DNA from: a bacterium | Lineage (GTDB): Bacteria; Elusimicrobiota; JBDRMW01; JBDROU01 | DNA length: 64,000 nucleotides | Assembly: GCA_043809745.1 (NCBI GenBank) | Contig: JBDROU010000073.1 | Location: 7,969 to 71,968, forward strand | Direction of reading: 5' to 3' | Part shown: positions 18,346 through 27,883 of the stretch, piece after piece | Numbering within the stretch: the first letter of the stretch is position 1 | Layout: every line of letters begins with the position of its first letter | Made by a program: the position numbers and the translations under genes | The notes under the pieces: generated by a model | What the model was told of the DNA's origin: nothing | Databases searched by the model: none | Seen by the model: only the letters and a program-made list of their open reading frames with translations

Positions 18346-19330
18346 TAATATAGATGCAAAATATGATATCCATGTTCATGTTGTTGGTGATGGCAGCTCC
18401 GGCAGCGGGTGTTGGATGCGGCTCACACCATGGCAGAGATTGCTTTCTAAGGTTATGCTTTCAAATATTGATTTACCGTCAAATGCCCTTAAAACCAATT
18501 TTGATGTTCTGTACGCAGATCGCTTAATAAAATGGGTTGAGGAATCATCTCTTGATTATTTCGTTATCCTGGCGGAAGATCAAGCATATGATGAAAATGG
18601 AAAGGTAATACAAGGAGCAACATCTTTTTATGTGCCCAATGATTATATTTTCGAACTTTCGAAACGATGTCCGAAGTTGCTACCTGGTATATCTATACAT
18701 CCTGCTAGACCCGATGCGCTGGATGAACTTGAAAGGTGTTTAGAAAAGGGTGCTGTACTCTTAAAAATTCTTCCAAATTCAAAAAATATTGACTGCAAAA
18801 GCAAACAATATAAACGTTTTTGGGAGAGGATGGCAGAAGTAAGACTGCCGCTTCTTGCGCACACAGGGGGAGAACATACGGTACCTATTATAAGGAAGGA
18901 TCTCAGCACCCCTCAAATTCTTGAATATCCCTTGCAGTGCGGCGTTACAGTCATAGCAGCTCATTCGGGTACGAAAAGCGGTATTTTTGATGAAGATTTT
19001 TTCCCACTATTTGTGGAAATGCTTAACCGATATCCAAATTTTTATGGGGACATAAGTGCCTTTAATATTCCACTTCGCAGTAAGTACATCAAAGGAACTG
19101 TCTGCGAGGAAATCAGCAGCAGGCTGCTTCACGGCAGTGATTTCCCTGTTCCTATACAAGGGCTCTGGCCATGGCTTAGAGGATTAATTGAGAGTGATGC
19201 GTATAAAACGATACAAAGCGTGCATAATAGCCTTGAACGGGATTATATCATTAAAAAGGCGGTAGGTTATCCGGAAGCAGTTTTTTTGAGGGCTAAAAAT
19301 ATTTTGAGATTACATCAATTGCCAATTTAA
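18338..19330 (+). CDS. Amidohydrolase-2-type metal-dependent TIM-barrel hydrolase
   Basis: HVHVVG near the N-terminus (metal-binding HxH), LAHTGGEH, later His/Asp ligands (AAHSG, HGSDFP). The start at 18338 overlaps the upstream stop, which fits an operon with marR and the MBL gene. Confidence 0.5.
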   Translation: MINNIDAKYDIHVHVVGDGSSGSGCWMRLTPWQRLLSKVMLSNIDLPSNALKTNFDVLYADRLIKWVEESSLDYFVILAEDQAYDENGKVIQGATSFYVPNDYIFELSKRCPKLLPGISIHPARPDALDELERCLEKGAVLLKILPNSKNIDCKSKQYKRFWERMAEVRLPLLAHTGGEHTVPIIRKDLSTPQILEYPLQCGVTVIAAHSGTKSGIFDEDFFPLFVEMLNRYPNFYGDISAFNIPLRSKYIKGTVCEEISSRLLHGSDFPVPIQGLWPWLRGLIESDAYKTIQSVHNSLERDYIIKKAVGYPEAVFLRAKNILRLHQLPI

Positions 19331-19343
19331 TGGAGGTATTCGT

Positions 19344-22300
19344 ATGCAATCCGAAAATGATATAAGGACTTTTCCGAGGGGCTTTATCCCCTTTATAGCA
19401 ACACAGTTTTTTGGCGCGTTCAATGATAATGCATTTAAGCTGCTTGTTGTGCTGGTGGCTGTTTCAATGCTCCCCAGTTCAGATGCTAATGCTGCCGCGC
19501 GGTTTGTGTCCCTCGGATCAATGCTGCTCATTATCCCATTTCTTGTTTTTGCGTCTTTTGCGGGGTGGCTCTCTGATAAATATTCGAAAAAAAAGGTGAT
19601 GGTGGGTACAAAGTTACTTGAAATAGTCATAATGCTTATCGCTATTGTGGGTATTTACATGCAAAATCTTTTTGTCTTGTTTTCATGCATCTTTCTTCTT
19701 GGATTACAGAGTACAATATTCGGACCGGCGAAGTATGGGATATTACCTGAGATACTTTCACCTGAAGCGCTTTCAAGAGGCAATGGCATATTAGCAGGAT
19801 TTACGTTCTTAGCAATTGTGCTGGGTACTGCTTTTGGAGGTGTACTGAAACCCATATTCCAGGATAATCTCGTAGTGATTGGTTTCATTTTACTAAGTAT
19901 TGCGGTAATAGGGTTTCTTACCTCGCTGTTTATACATCCCGCAAAATCATCAGATCCATATAAATCGTTATCACTTAATCCTCTCAGCCCTGTTATAAAG
20001 ACGATAAAAGAACATTATAAGAATAAATATCTTATGGCACCGATAACCGGTCTTGTGTATTTTTGGTTCTTAGGTGCTCTTATTCAAATGACATTACTTT
20101 TATTTTCACAGACAGAATTGCAGCTGGATGATATACGGATTGGTATTTTGCTTGCTGTTATGGCTTTGAGTGCAGGTGTGGGAAGTGTATTGGCAGGCAG
20201 ATTTTCCGAACGTAAGGTAGAAATAGGACTTGTGCCGCTTGGTGCTATGGGAATGAGCGTTTCATTATTATTGTTTCCCGCAGTAGCGCATTCATATATA
20301 CATGTTCTTTGCTTGAGTGCTCTATCTGGAATGTTTGCAGGCTTTTTTGCTTTACCGCTTAATGCGATAGTACAATTTGAATCACCAGCTGCCAAAAGAG
20401 GCGGCATACTCGCATCAGTAAACTTTTTGACCTTTACAGGAATACTCGCGGCATCATTTCTTTTCCCATATTTCACAACTTACTTTCACCTGAAGCCTTC
20501 AATAATACTGTTTGTATTTGGGTGTGTGACATTAGCGATTTCTACTTATTTATGTATTTGGCTTGAGGAATTTTTAGTCAGATTTCTTCTGTGGCTTTTA
20601 ACCCATACTATTTACAAGATAAGGATTGTCGGGAGGGAGAATTTACCTTATCAGGGACCGGCATTACTGGTTGCAAATCATATGTCATTTATTGATGCCT
20701 TGCTTATAGGAGCGGTTATACCGAGGTTTATCCGATTTATAATGCATAAGAGTTTATTTGAAATACCGGTGTTGCATCACTTTACAAAAATACTGCATGC
20801 GATTCCGATTGCGCCGGGCAAGCAGATGAAAGAAGCACTTGATAAAGCAGCCAGCGAACTGCAAAAAGGGGAGTTGGTTTGTATATTTCCTGAAGGACAG
20901 ATAACAAGGACAGGCGGTTTGCTTGAATTCAAAAGAGGAATGGAAGAAATTGCTAGAAATAGCAATGCGCCGATTATTCCGATACATCTCGATAATGTAT
21001 GGGGAAGTCTCTTTTCTTATGAAAAAAAGAGATTTTTTTGGAAGATGCCTAAAAAATTACCGTATCCGGTAACTGTTTCATTCGGGAAACCGCTTCCGTC
21101 TAACGCTTCATCCGATACTGTACGCATGCACGTTATGGATCTAGGCGCTCAGTCATTTCCCTTAAGGCCGTCATTAAGCGAAAATTTGGTAGATGGAATG
21201 ATGTGGGTGACAAGAAAGCGTTGGAATAAAAAAGCGATGAGTGATACATTGGGGCTTGAGTTAAGCTATGGAAGACTGCTAACTTTATGTTTATTACTTA
21301 AAAATAAGTTAAAAAAGCTGCTTAATATGAATGAGCCGGCATTGCCAGACTTAAAACGGCATGCGGTGGGGATTGTGCTTCCAGCCGGTATCGCAGGAGC
21401 TGCTGCCAATATCTCAGTGCTTTTGAGCGGATATGTGCCAATTAATCTGAATTTTACAAGTTCAGAAGAAAGCATACATCATGCTGCCAATGTGTGTAAG
21501 ATAAAATATATAATTACCTCAAAAAAGTTTCTGGGCAAAATTAACATCAAACTTCCGGGGCAGTTAATTTTTATTGAGGAGTTATTCAAGAACATAAGCA
21601 CGCTCGAAAAGGCATTAGCCTATAGCATACTCAAAATTTTGCCATTTTCGCTTTTGCGTTTGATCACGGGTACATATAAGATGAACGCCGATGATGTTGT
21701 TACGGTTTTGTTTTCATCCGGTTCAACAGGGATACCCAAAGGAGTAATGCTTACGCACAAGAATATTCGTTCGAATGCAGAAGGATTAAGCCAGGTATTC
21801 GATGTGAATAGATATGATTGCATAGCTGGAATATTGCCACTTTTTCATTCATTTGGATTTACGGGTACCATTTGGTTCCCTTTGCTGAACGGTTTTTCAG
21901 CTGCATATCATCCTAACCCGCTTGATGCGAAAGTCGTAGGGCAAATGGTGCAGAAAGAACACTGCACAATTCTGCTGGCTACGCCAACATTCTTATCATT
22001 GTATAAAAAGAAAATTAATCCTGAGCAATTTAAAACGCTCCACACTATCATTGTCGGGGCTGAAAAGCTTGAAGCGGATCTGGCAAAAAAAGTTGAGGAT
22101 ACATATCATGTAAAGGTTCGCGAAGGATACGGGGCAACAGAACTCTCGCCGGTAGCAGCACTTAACATAGCTGATGTAACGTTACCTGGGATTAATCAGG
22201 TTGGGACGAAAATTGGTACAATCGGTAATCCTATCCCCGGGGTATGCGCGCGAATTATCAGGCAGTTGGAAAATGGAAATGATCTCATGCCTGATTTCGA

Positions 22301-22802
22301 AAACTGTGCTCCGTTCGGAGAAATGGGGATGCTTTGGATCAGCGGGCATGGAGTAATGAAGGGGTATTGCGGACAACCAGAGCTTACTGATAAAGTAATT
22401 AAAAAAGGATGGTATAAAACTGGTGATCTTGCAAGTATAGATAAGGCAGGATTTATTACATTTCATGGACGGATTTCGCGTTTTTCTAAAATTGCCGGTG
22501 AGATGGTGCCACATCAAAAAATTGAAGAATTGCTGCGTAAAAATGCGCCAGAAGGTATTCATCTTGCAGTTACGGGGATTACTGATATGAACCAAAAAGA
22601 GCATCTAATAGTCTTATATACTGGAGAATTTGATTGCGAGAATGCATATTCAGAACTACGTAAAGCAAACATTCCAAATTTGTGGATACCTGCGAAAAAG
22701 AACTTTTTTAGAATCGACATGCTTCCCGTTTTGGGAACAGGAAAATTAGATCTAAAGAGTTTACAGGAATTAGCTAAGAAATATTTTGATAATGCATCTT
22801 GA
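19344..22802 (+). CDS. Tri-domain fusion: MFS lysophospholipid transporter (LplT-like) + PlsC-type acyltransferase + acyl-ACP/AMP-forming synthetase (Aas-like)
   Basis: N-terminal about 400 aa with 12 TM helices and an LplT-like QFFGAFNDNA motif. Acyltransferase HX4D motif (LVANHMSFID) and FPEGQITRTGG. AMP-binding motifs VLFSSGSTGIPKGVMLTHKNI and REGYGATE. RBS GGAGG. Confidence 0.75.
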   Translation: MQSENDIRTFPRGFIPFIATQFFGAFNDNAFKLLVVLVAVSMLPSSDANAAARFVSLGSMLLIIPFLVFASFAGWLSDKYSKKKVMVGTKLLEIVIMLIAIVGIYMQNLFVLFSCIFLLGLQSTIFGPAKYGILPEILSPEALSRGNGILAGFTFLAIVLGTAFGGVLKPIFQDNLVVIGFILLSIAVIGFLTSLFIHPAKSSDPYKSLSLNPLSPVIKTIKEHYKNKYLMAPITGLVYFWFLGALIQMTLLLFSQTELQLDDIRIGILLAVMALSAGVGSVLAGRFSERKVEIGLVPLGAMGMSVSLLLFPAVAHSYIHVLCLSALSGMFAGFFALPLNAIVQFESPAAKRGGILASVNFLTFTGILAASFLFPYFTTYFHLKPSIILFVFGCVTLAISTYLCIWLEEFLVRFLLWLLTHTIYKIRIVGRENLPYQGPALLVANHMSFIDALLIGAVIPRFIRFIMHKSLFEIPVLHHFTKILHAIPIAPGKQMKEALDKAASELQKGELVCIFPEGQITRTGGLLEFKRGMEEIARNSNAPIIPIHLDNVWGSLFSYEKKRFFWKMPKKLPYPVTVSFGKPLPSNASSDTVRMHVMDLGAQSFPLRPSLSENLVDGMMWVTRKRWNKKAMSDTLGLELSYGRLLTLCLLLKNKLKKLLNMNEPALPDLKRHAVGIVLPAGIAGAAANISVLLSGYVPINLNFTSSEESIHHAANVCKIKYIITSKKFLGKINIKLPGQLIFIEELFKNISTLEKALAYSILKILPFSLLRLITGTYKMNADDVVTVLFSSGSTGIPKGVMLTHKNIRSNAEGLSQVFDVNRYDCIAGILPLFHSFGFTGTIWFPLLNGFSAAYHPNPLDAKVVGQMVQKEHCTILLATPTFLSLYKKKINPEQFKTLHTIIVGAEKLEADLAKKVEDTYHVKVREGYGATELSPVAALNIADVTLPGINQVGTKIGTIGNPIPGVCARIIRQLENGNDLMPDFENCAPFGEMGMLWISGHGVMKGYCGQPELTDKVIKKGWYKTGDLASIDKAGFITFHGRISRFSKIAGEMVPHQKIEELLRKNAPEGIHLAVTGITDMNQKEHLIVLYTGEFDCENAYSELRKANIPNLWIPAKKNFFRIDMLPVLGTGKLDLKSLQELAKKYFDNAS

Positions 22803-22829
22803 ATTTAAATTGTAAATGGAGGAGCTTCT

Positions 22830-23438
22830 ATGCCAAGTATTTATGAACTGAAACCGCTTTTTCAAAATATTCTGAAACCATTTATGAGATTGCTTTATAA
22901 ATTAAAGGTTACTCCCAACCAAGTTACTATTATAAGTGTAGTGCTTTCGTGTTTAGTAGGGATGTTGGTATTTTTTTATGTTGAAGCTGTATGGATATTT
23001 TATTTAGTTCCTGTTTTCCTTTTTATTCGCATGGGCATGAATGCATTGGATGGGATGCTTGCAAAGGAATATCATATGCGAACTAATATTGGTGTGTTTT
23101 TGAACGAGTTGGGAGATATTGTATCTGATATATTTTTATACAGTCCGCTTATTACATTAGTAGGAACATTCAATTGGCTTATTATTGGGACAGTCCTACT
23201 GAGCGTTATAAGTGAAGCTACAGGGATGGTAGCTGTCCAGATTGGTGCAAAAAGAAGATTTGATGGACCTATGGGTAAAAGTGATCGTGCTTTTTGGTTT
23301 GGTTTGATTTATTTACTTTTGGGATTAGGAATAAAATCAGGCATGTGGATTAATTATGTTGTTATAGTCATCATGATTTTTCTTCTGGTAACAATTAATA
23401 ACCGGATAAAAAATGCTCTAAAGGAGGTGTGTAAATGA
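22830..23438 (+). CDS. CDP-alcohol phosphatidyltransferase family protein (divergent signature)
   Basis: NALDGMLAKEYHMRTNIGVFLNELGDIVSD matches D-G-x2-A-[RK]-x8-G-x3-[DN]-x3-D, with Lys for Arg and Asn for the first Asp of the final DxxxD. 202 aa with 4-6 TM helices. RBS GGAGG. Confidence 0.6.
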   Translation: MPSIYELKPLFQNILKPFMRLLYKLKVTPNQVTIISVVLSCLVGMLVFFYVEAVWIFYLVPVFLFIRMGMNALDGMLAKEYHMRTNIGVFLNELGDIVSDIFLYSPLITLVGTFNWLIIGTVLLSVISEATGMVAVQIGAKRRFDGPMGKSDRAFWFGLIYLLLGLGIKSGMWINYVVIVIMIFLLVTINNRIKNALKEVCK

Positions 23439-24415
23439 ATTACATAGGAAAATATTTCCCAGTTTTCAACCAAGAATTTTTCTTACAGCTTGCTGGTGTT
23501 ATGATGCTTACACTTAGCGGAATAGCTGCTATTTTGATTATTGCGACTCTCGTGGTATTTATAATGAAACGTGTAAGACCAGAGAAAGATTTTACTGAAC
23601 TTGAGCAAAGAATAAAGAGTTGGTGGATTATGGCAAGCATCTTTTTTCTTGCCATTATATTAAGTAAAAATGCTTCGATAATATTTTTTGCATTCGTAAG
23701 TTTTCTTGCACTAAAAGAATATTTTTCTGTTATTGAAACAAGACGCGCCGACAGACGCGTTTTGCTCTGGGCATATATTGCTATCCCAATTCAGTATTAT
23801 TGGATTGCTGCTGGCTGGTATGGTATGTTTATTATTTTTGTGCCGGTTTATATGTTTCTTTTTCTTCCATTACGAATGGTTCTTGTCGGAGAAACACAAG
23901 GATTTCTCAAAGCCGCAGGAACAATTCATTGGGGATTAATGAAAACAGTATTCTGTTTAGGGCATGTGGCTTACCTTTTGGCGCTACCTGCTGCTAATAA
24001 CCCAATTGGTGGAAGTGCGGCATTAGTTCTGTATCTTGTGATGCTCACTGAATTGAATGATGTTGCTCAATTTATGTTTGGTAAGATGTTTGGTAAACAT
24101 AAGGTGGTTCCTCAGGTAAGTCCTAAAAAAACATGGGAAGGATTATTAGGCGGTATTGGTACCACTATATGTCTTGCATTCTTGCTTGGGCCATATTTTA
24201 CACCGATGAATAGGTTAGAATCGCTATTTGCTGGTATTATTATTGGCTTGGGTGGATTCATAGGGGATATTGTTATGTCAGCGGTTAAACGTGATACTGG
24301 TATAAAAGATAGTTCTGATTTATTGCCAGGGCATGGTGGTATTTTGGATCGCATTGACAGCTTGATGTATACGGCACCTTTGTTTTTCCACTATATTTAC
24401 TATTTATATTTTTAA
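23435..24415 (+). CDS. Phosphatidate cytidylyltransferase (CDP-diacylglycerol synthase, CdsA family)
   Basis: CDS signature SAVKRDTGIKDSSDLLPGHGGILDRIDSL near the C-terminus. Polytopic membrane protein. ATGA overlap with the upstream gene. RBS AAGGAGG. Confidence 0.75.
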   Translation: MNYIGKYFPVFNQEFFLQLAGVMMLTLSGIAAILIIATLVVFIMKRVRPEKDFTELEQRIKSWWIMASIFFLAIILSKNASIIFFAFVSFLALKEYFSVIETRRADRRVLLWAYIAIPIQYYWIAAGWYGMFIIFVPVYMFLFLPLRMVLVGETQGFLKAAGTIHWGLMKTVFCLGHVAYLLALPAANNPIGGSAALVLYLVMLTELNDVAQFMFGKMFGKHKVVPQVSPKKTWEGLLGGIGTTICLAFLLGPYFTPMNRLESLFAGIIIGLGGFIGDIVMSAVKRDTGIKDSSDLLPGHGGILDRIDSLMYTAPLFFHYIYYLYF

Positions 24416-24426
24416 AAGGATAAGTT

Positions 24427-25068
24427 ATGCAGCGATTAATCAGATTTTTGTTTTTTTTGCTAATTGTAAAACCACTTCTGCTCATAGTACTTGGAATAAA
24501 TATACGGTATCGTGAACGTTTGCCAAATAGTGGTCCTGCGATTATTTGTGCAAATCACAACAGTCACTTGGACACATTGGTACTAATAACGTTGTTCTCA
24601 TGTAAGATATTTAATTCTATTCGGCCTGTTGCAGCACGTGATTATTTCTGCTGTTCTCCATTCCTATCATGGTTTTCAAAGTATATAATGCAAATAATAC
24701 CTCTTGATAGGAAGTTTGGGACATATCATGCTGATCCATTTAAGGAAATTTCGGAATCATTGGATAACAACGAAGTTGTCATTATTTATCCAGAAGGCAG
24801 TAGGGGTGAACCGGAAAGGTTGTCACAATTCAAAAATGGGATTTATCACCTTGCAAAAAAGCATCCTCAAGTACCAATTGTGCCCATATTTATGCATGGA
24901 TTGGGAAAGGCTCTCCCACGTAATGAATGGCTTCTTGTACCTTTCTTTTGTGATGTGTTTGTTGGGGAAATATTACATTTTGTTGAAGATCGAAAAGACT
25001 TTATGCATACATTAGAAGAAAGTATTCAAAGACTCGGAGCAGAAGGTCAATTTAAGGAATGGTATTAG
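24427..25068 (+). CDS. 1-acyl-sn-glycerol-3-phosphate acyltransferase (PlsC family)
   Basis: HX4D motif in ICANHNSHLDTLVL. Motif III YPEGSRG. 213 aa. Confidence 0.7.
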   Translation: MQRLIRFLFFLLIVKPLLLIVLGINIRYRERLPNSGPAIICANHNSHLDTLVLITLFSCKIFNSIRPVAARDYFCCSPFLSWFSKYIMQIIPLDRKFGTYHADPFKEISESLDNNEVVIIYPEGSRGEPERLSQFKNGIYHLAKKHPQVPIVPIFMHGLGKALPRNEWLLVPFFCDVFVGEILHFVEDRKDFMHTLEESIQRLGAEGQFKEWY

Positions 25069-25070
25069 TT

Positions 25071-26129
25071 ATGTGTAACTTTTTTCTAAGCAGATTATGT
25101 TTTAGCTATCAATTCTTAATCATTTCTATCATATTATTTCTTGCTGTCATAGTAGGACTAATTTCCCCATCAAAGTTGTCTTCTGCAGATGATCAATTTA
25201 AACCAACTTTTTCAATTAGTAATGTTAAAAACTCAATGAGAAAGCTTGACCTAGAAAAAGAAGCAAAATACTCATCTCCCATATTAAAATATTTCAATAC
25301 TTATAATTTACCCGTTGAATCAAAACAACATTATTTTGGATATTTCTATGTTAAGGAATGGAAATTAGCAGGTCATGTGTTCATGCCAGAAAATCTTAAA
25401 GCGACAGTGTTTGTGCTCCACGGATTATTTGATCACTCAGGGTATCAAAGTAATGTAATCAGAATATTACTTGAGCATAATTATGCAGTAGCATTATTTG
25501 ACCTGCCAGGGCATGGTTTGTCATCAGGTGATAAAGTATCAATTAATGATTTTTCTGATTATGTATTTATATTCAATGAATTCTTGAAAAAATATAGCGC
25601 TCACCTGCCAAAACCATACCATATAATAGCGCACAGTACAGGCTGTTCAATCGTATATGAATATATTTATCATGAAAAAGAGCACCCCTTTGATAAGATA
25701 GTCTTTCTCACACCACTTATTCATTCGCAGCAATGGGTTATTTCAAAAATATCATATATTTGTTTTGGTTGGTTCCTTAAAAATGTCCCAAGAACTTTTC
25801 GAGATAGTACAAATTCTAAGAATTTTAACGACTTTTTAATTAATGACCCGCTGCAATATAAAAAAGTTCCACTTACTTTTGTAAAGGCACTGTTCAATTG
25901 GAATAAGCGCATAGAATACTATGAAGTAATTAATCAAGACATATACATTATTCAAGGAGACCAAGATTCCATAGTAGATTGGAAATATAATGTTTCATAT
26001 TTGACTAAAAAAATACCCACAGCAAAAGTAAATATTATTAAAAATGGCAAACATCATTTGCAAAATGAAATTGAACCTATTAGAACGAATGTTTTGAATC
26101 ATATGATTAAATATATTGAAAAAGATTGA
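25071..26129 (+). CDS. Membrane-anchored alpha/beta hydrolase (lysophospholipase / monoacylglycerol-lipase family)
   Basis: N-terminal TM anchor. Oxyanion-hole HGLFDHSG. Nucleophile elbow AHSTG. Asp and His later (QGDQDSIV; GKHHL). The ATG at 25071 lies right after the upstream stop. Confidence 0.6.
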   Translation: MCNFFLSRLCFSYQFLIISIILFLAVIVGLISPSKLSSADDQFKPTFSISNVKNSMRKLDLEKEAKYSSPILKYFNTYNLPVESKQHYFGYFYVKEWKLAGHVFMPENLKATVFVLHGLFDHSGYQSNVIRILLEHNYAVALFDLPGHGLSSGDKVSINDFSDYVFIFNEFLKKYSAHLPKPYHIIAHSTGCSIVYEYIYHEKEHPFDKIVFLTPLIHSQQWVISKISYICFGWFLKNVPRTFRDSTNSKNFNDFLINDPLQYKKVPLTFVKALFNWNKRIEYYEVINQDIYIIQGDQDSIVDWKYNVSYLTKKIPTAKVNIIKNGKHHLQNEIEPIRTNVLNHMIKYIEKD

Positions 26130-26149
26130 TTACAAAAGGAGGATTTATA

Positions 26150-27883
26150 ATGGAAACTCATAATTACGCAGAGGAGTTCATGACCAATTGGGACGGCACA
26201 CAGTTATTTTATCGTTCGTGGGTTCCAAAGATTCAGACTGATAAAGCTGTAATTCTATTTCATCGTGGACACGAGCATTCAGGAAGATTATTGGAACTTG
26301 TGGAAAAGCTTGCATTAAAAGATTTTGCAATTTTTGCGTGGGATTCTCGAGGAAATGGAAAATCACCAGGCCCAAGAGATTATGCAGAGCATTTTTCAAT
26401 ATATGCTAAAGATGCCAATACTTTTGTGAATTATATATCTAGGAAGTTTAAGATCCCTATTAATAATATGGTAGTTATAGCAAATAGCGTGGGAGGTGTA
26501 ATTGTAAGTGCTTGGGTTCATGACTATGCTCCTCCAATAAAAGCTCTTATCTTAGCCGCACCGGCATTCAGAATTAAACTTTATGTGCCTTTTGCAATCC
26601 CGTTGTTAAGGATTGGTCTTAAGTTTGGATTGATTAAATATGTTACAAGTTATGTAAAGTCTAAAGTCTTGACTCATGATAAAGAAGAGCAGGATAAATT
26701 TAATAATGATCCAATGATAACAAAATCTATATCTACCAATATATTGATCGATTGTTTTGATATTTCAAAACGTATTATTGCGGATGCTGGCGCTATCCGC
26801 ATACCGACACTTATATTGGCAGCCGGATCTGATTGGGTGGTAAGATTATCTGCACAAAAAAAATTCTTTAATAGGTTATCATCAAAAATTAAAGAATGGG
26901 AATTTTATCCAAAGTTTTATCATGCGATATTTCACGAAAAGGAACGGGAAGCACCCATTAAGAGAACAAGAGAGTTTATTATAAAAGTATTTAATACTAC
27001 TCAACCCCTCTCCACACTCGTAAGAGCAGATGAAGAGGGCTATTCCAAAGACTGTTATGACGACATCAAAAAAACGACATTCAATCCTATATTTCAACTT
27101 AACAGATTGTTGCTCAAGACGATAGGCATATTCAGTAAAGGTATACGGTTGGGTTGGGAAACAGGTTTCGACTCAGGAGTAACATTAAATTATGTCTATG
27201 ATAACAAACCACAAGGTTTTTCAATTATTGGTAGACTTATTGATGTTGCATATCTAGAAAGTATCGGTTGGAAGGGAATACGTCAAAGAAGAGTAAATAT
27301 AGAAAATATGCTTAGTAATGTAATTGATTTGTTGTTAAGAGAAAATATGCCAATAAATCTCTTTGACATAGCATCAGGGCCCGGTCTGTACATCTTAAAT
27401 GTACTAAGGGAATATTCCAATAAGCCAGTTACAGCAAGGTTACGTGATTATAGTCCTCTTAACATTGAAGAAGGTAAAGCACTTGCCGCAGAGATGAAGT
27501 TAGAAAATGTAAATTATGAACAAGCTGATGCATTCAATAGAGATTCTTACAAAAATATAACTCCCAAACCTACAATTGCTATATGTTCAGGTTTACATGA
27601 ATTGTTTCCCAAAAACAAACCAGTGCTTAATTCATTTAAAGGAATATATGAGTGCATGGCAGATGGAGGATATCTAATTTATACAAATCAACCATGGCAT
27701 CCACAGCAAGAGTATATTGCTCGAGTTTTGACAAATAGAGAAGGCAAGCCATGGATAATGAGGTGTAGAACGCAAGAGGAAATGGATTCGTTAGTACGTG
27801 AAGCAGGATTTGAGAAAATTGATATGGAGATTGATCAATGGGGTATTTTCACAGTATCTTTAGCAAAGAAAAAAAGTCATTAA
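26150..27883 (+). CDS. Fusion: alpha/beta hydrolase (lysophospholipase-like) + class I SAM-dependent methyltransferase
   Basis: N-terminal half: HRGHEHSG, nucleophile ANSVGG. C-terminal half: SAM motif I LFDIASGPGLY with a downstream acidic motif. RBS AAGGAGG positions the ATG at 26150. Confidence 0.6.
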   Translation: METHNYAEEFMTNWDGTQLFYRSWVPKIQTDKAVILFHRGHEHSGRLLELVEKLALKDFAIFAWDSRGNGKSPGPRDYAEHFSIYAKDANTFVNYISRKFKIPINNMVVIANSVGGVIVSAWVHDYAPPIKALILAAPAFRIKLYVPFAIPLLRIGLKFGLIKYVTSYVKSKVLTHDKEEQDKFNNDPMITKSISTNILIDCFDISKRIIADAGAIRIPTLILAAGSDWVVRLSAQKKFFNRLSSKIKEWEFYPKFYHAIFHEKEREAPIKRTREFIIKVFNTTQPLSTLVRADEEGYSKDCYDDIKKTTFNPIFQLNRLLLKTIGIFSKGIRLGWETGFDSGVTLNYVYDNKPQGFSIIGRLIDVAYLESIGWKGIRQRRVNIENMLSNVIDLLLRENMPINLFDIASGPGLYILNVLREYSNKPVTARLRDYSPLNIEEGKALAAEMKLENVNYEQADAFNRDSYKNITPKPTIAICSGLHELFPKNKPVLNSFKGIYECMADGGYLIYTNQPWHPQQEYIARVLTNREGKPWIMRCRTQEEMDSLVREAGFEKIDMEIDQWGIFTVSLAKKKSH

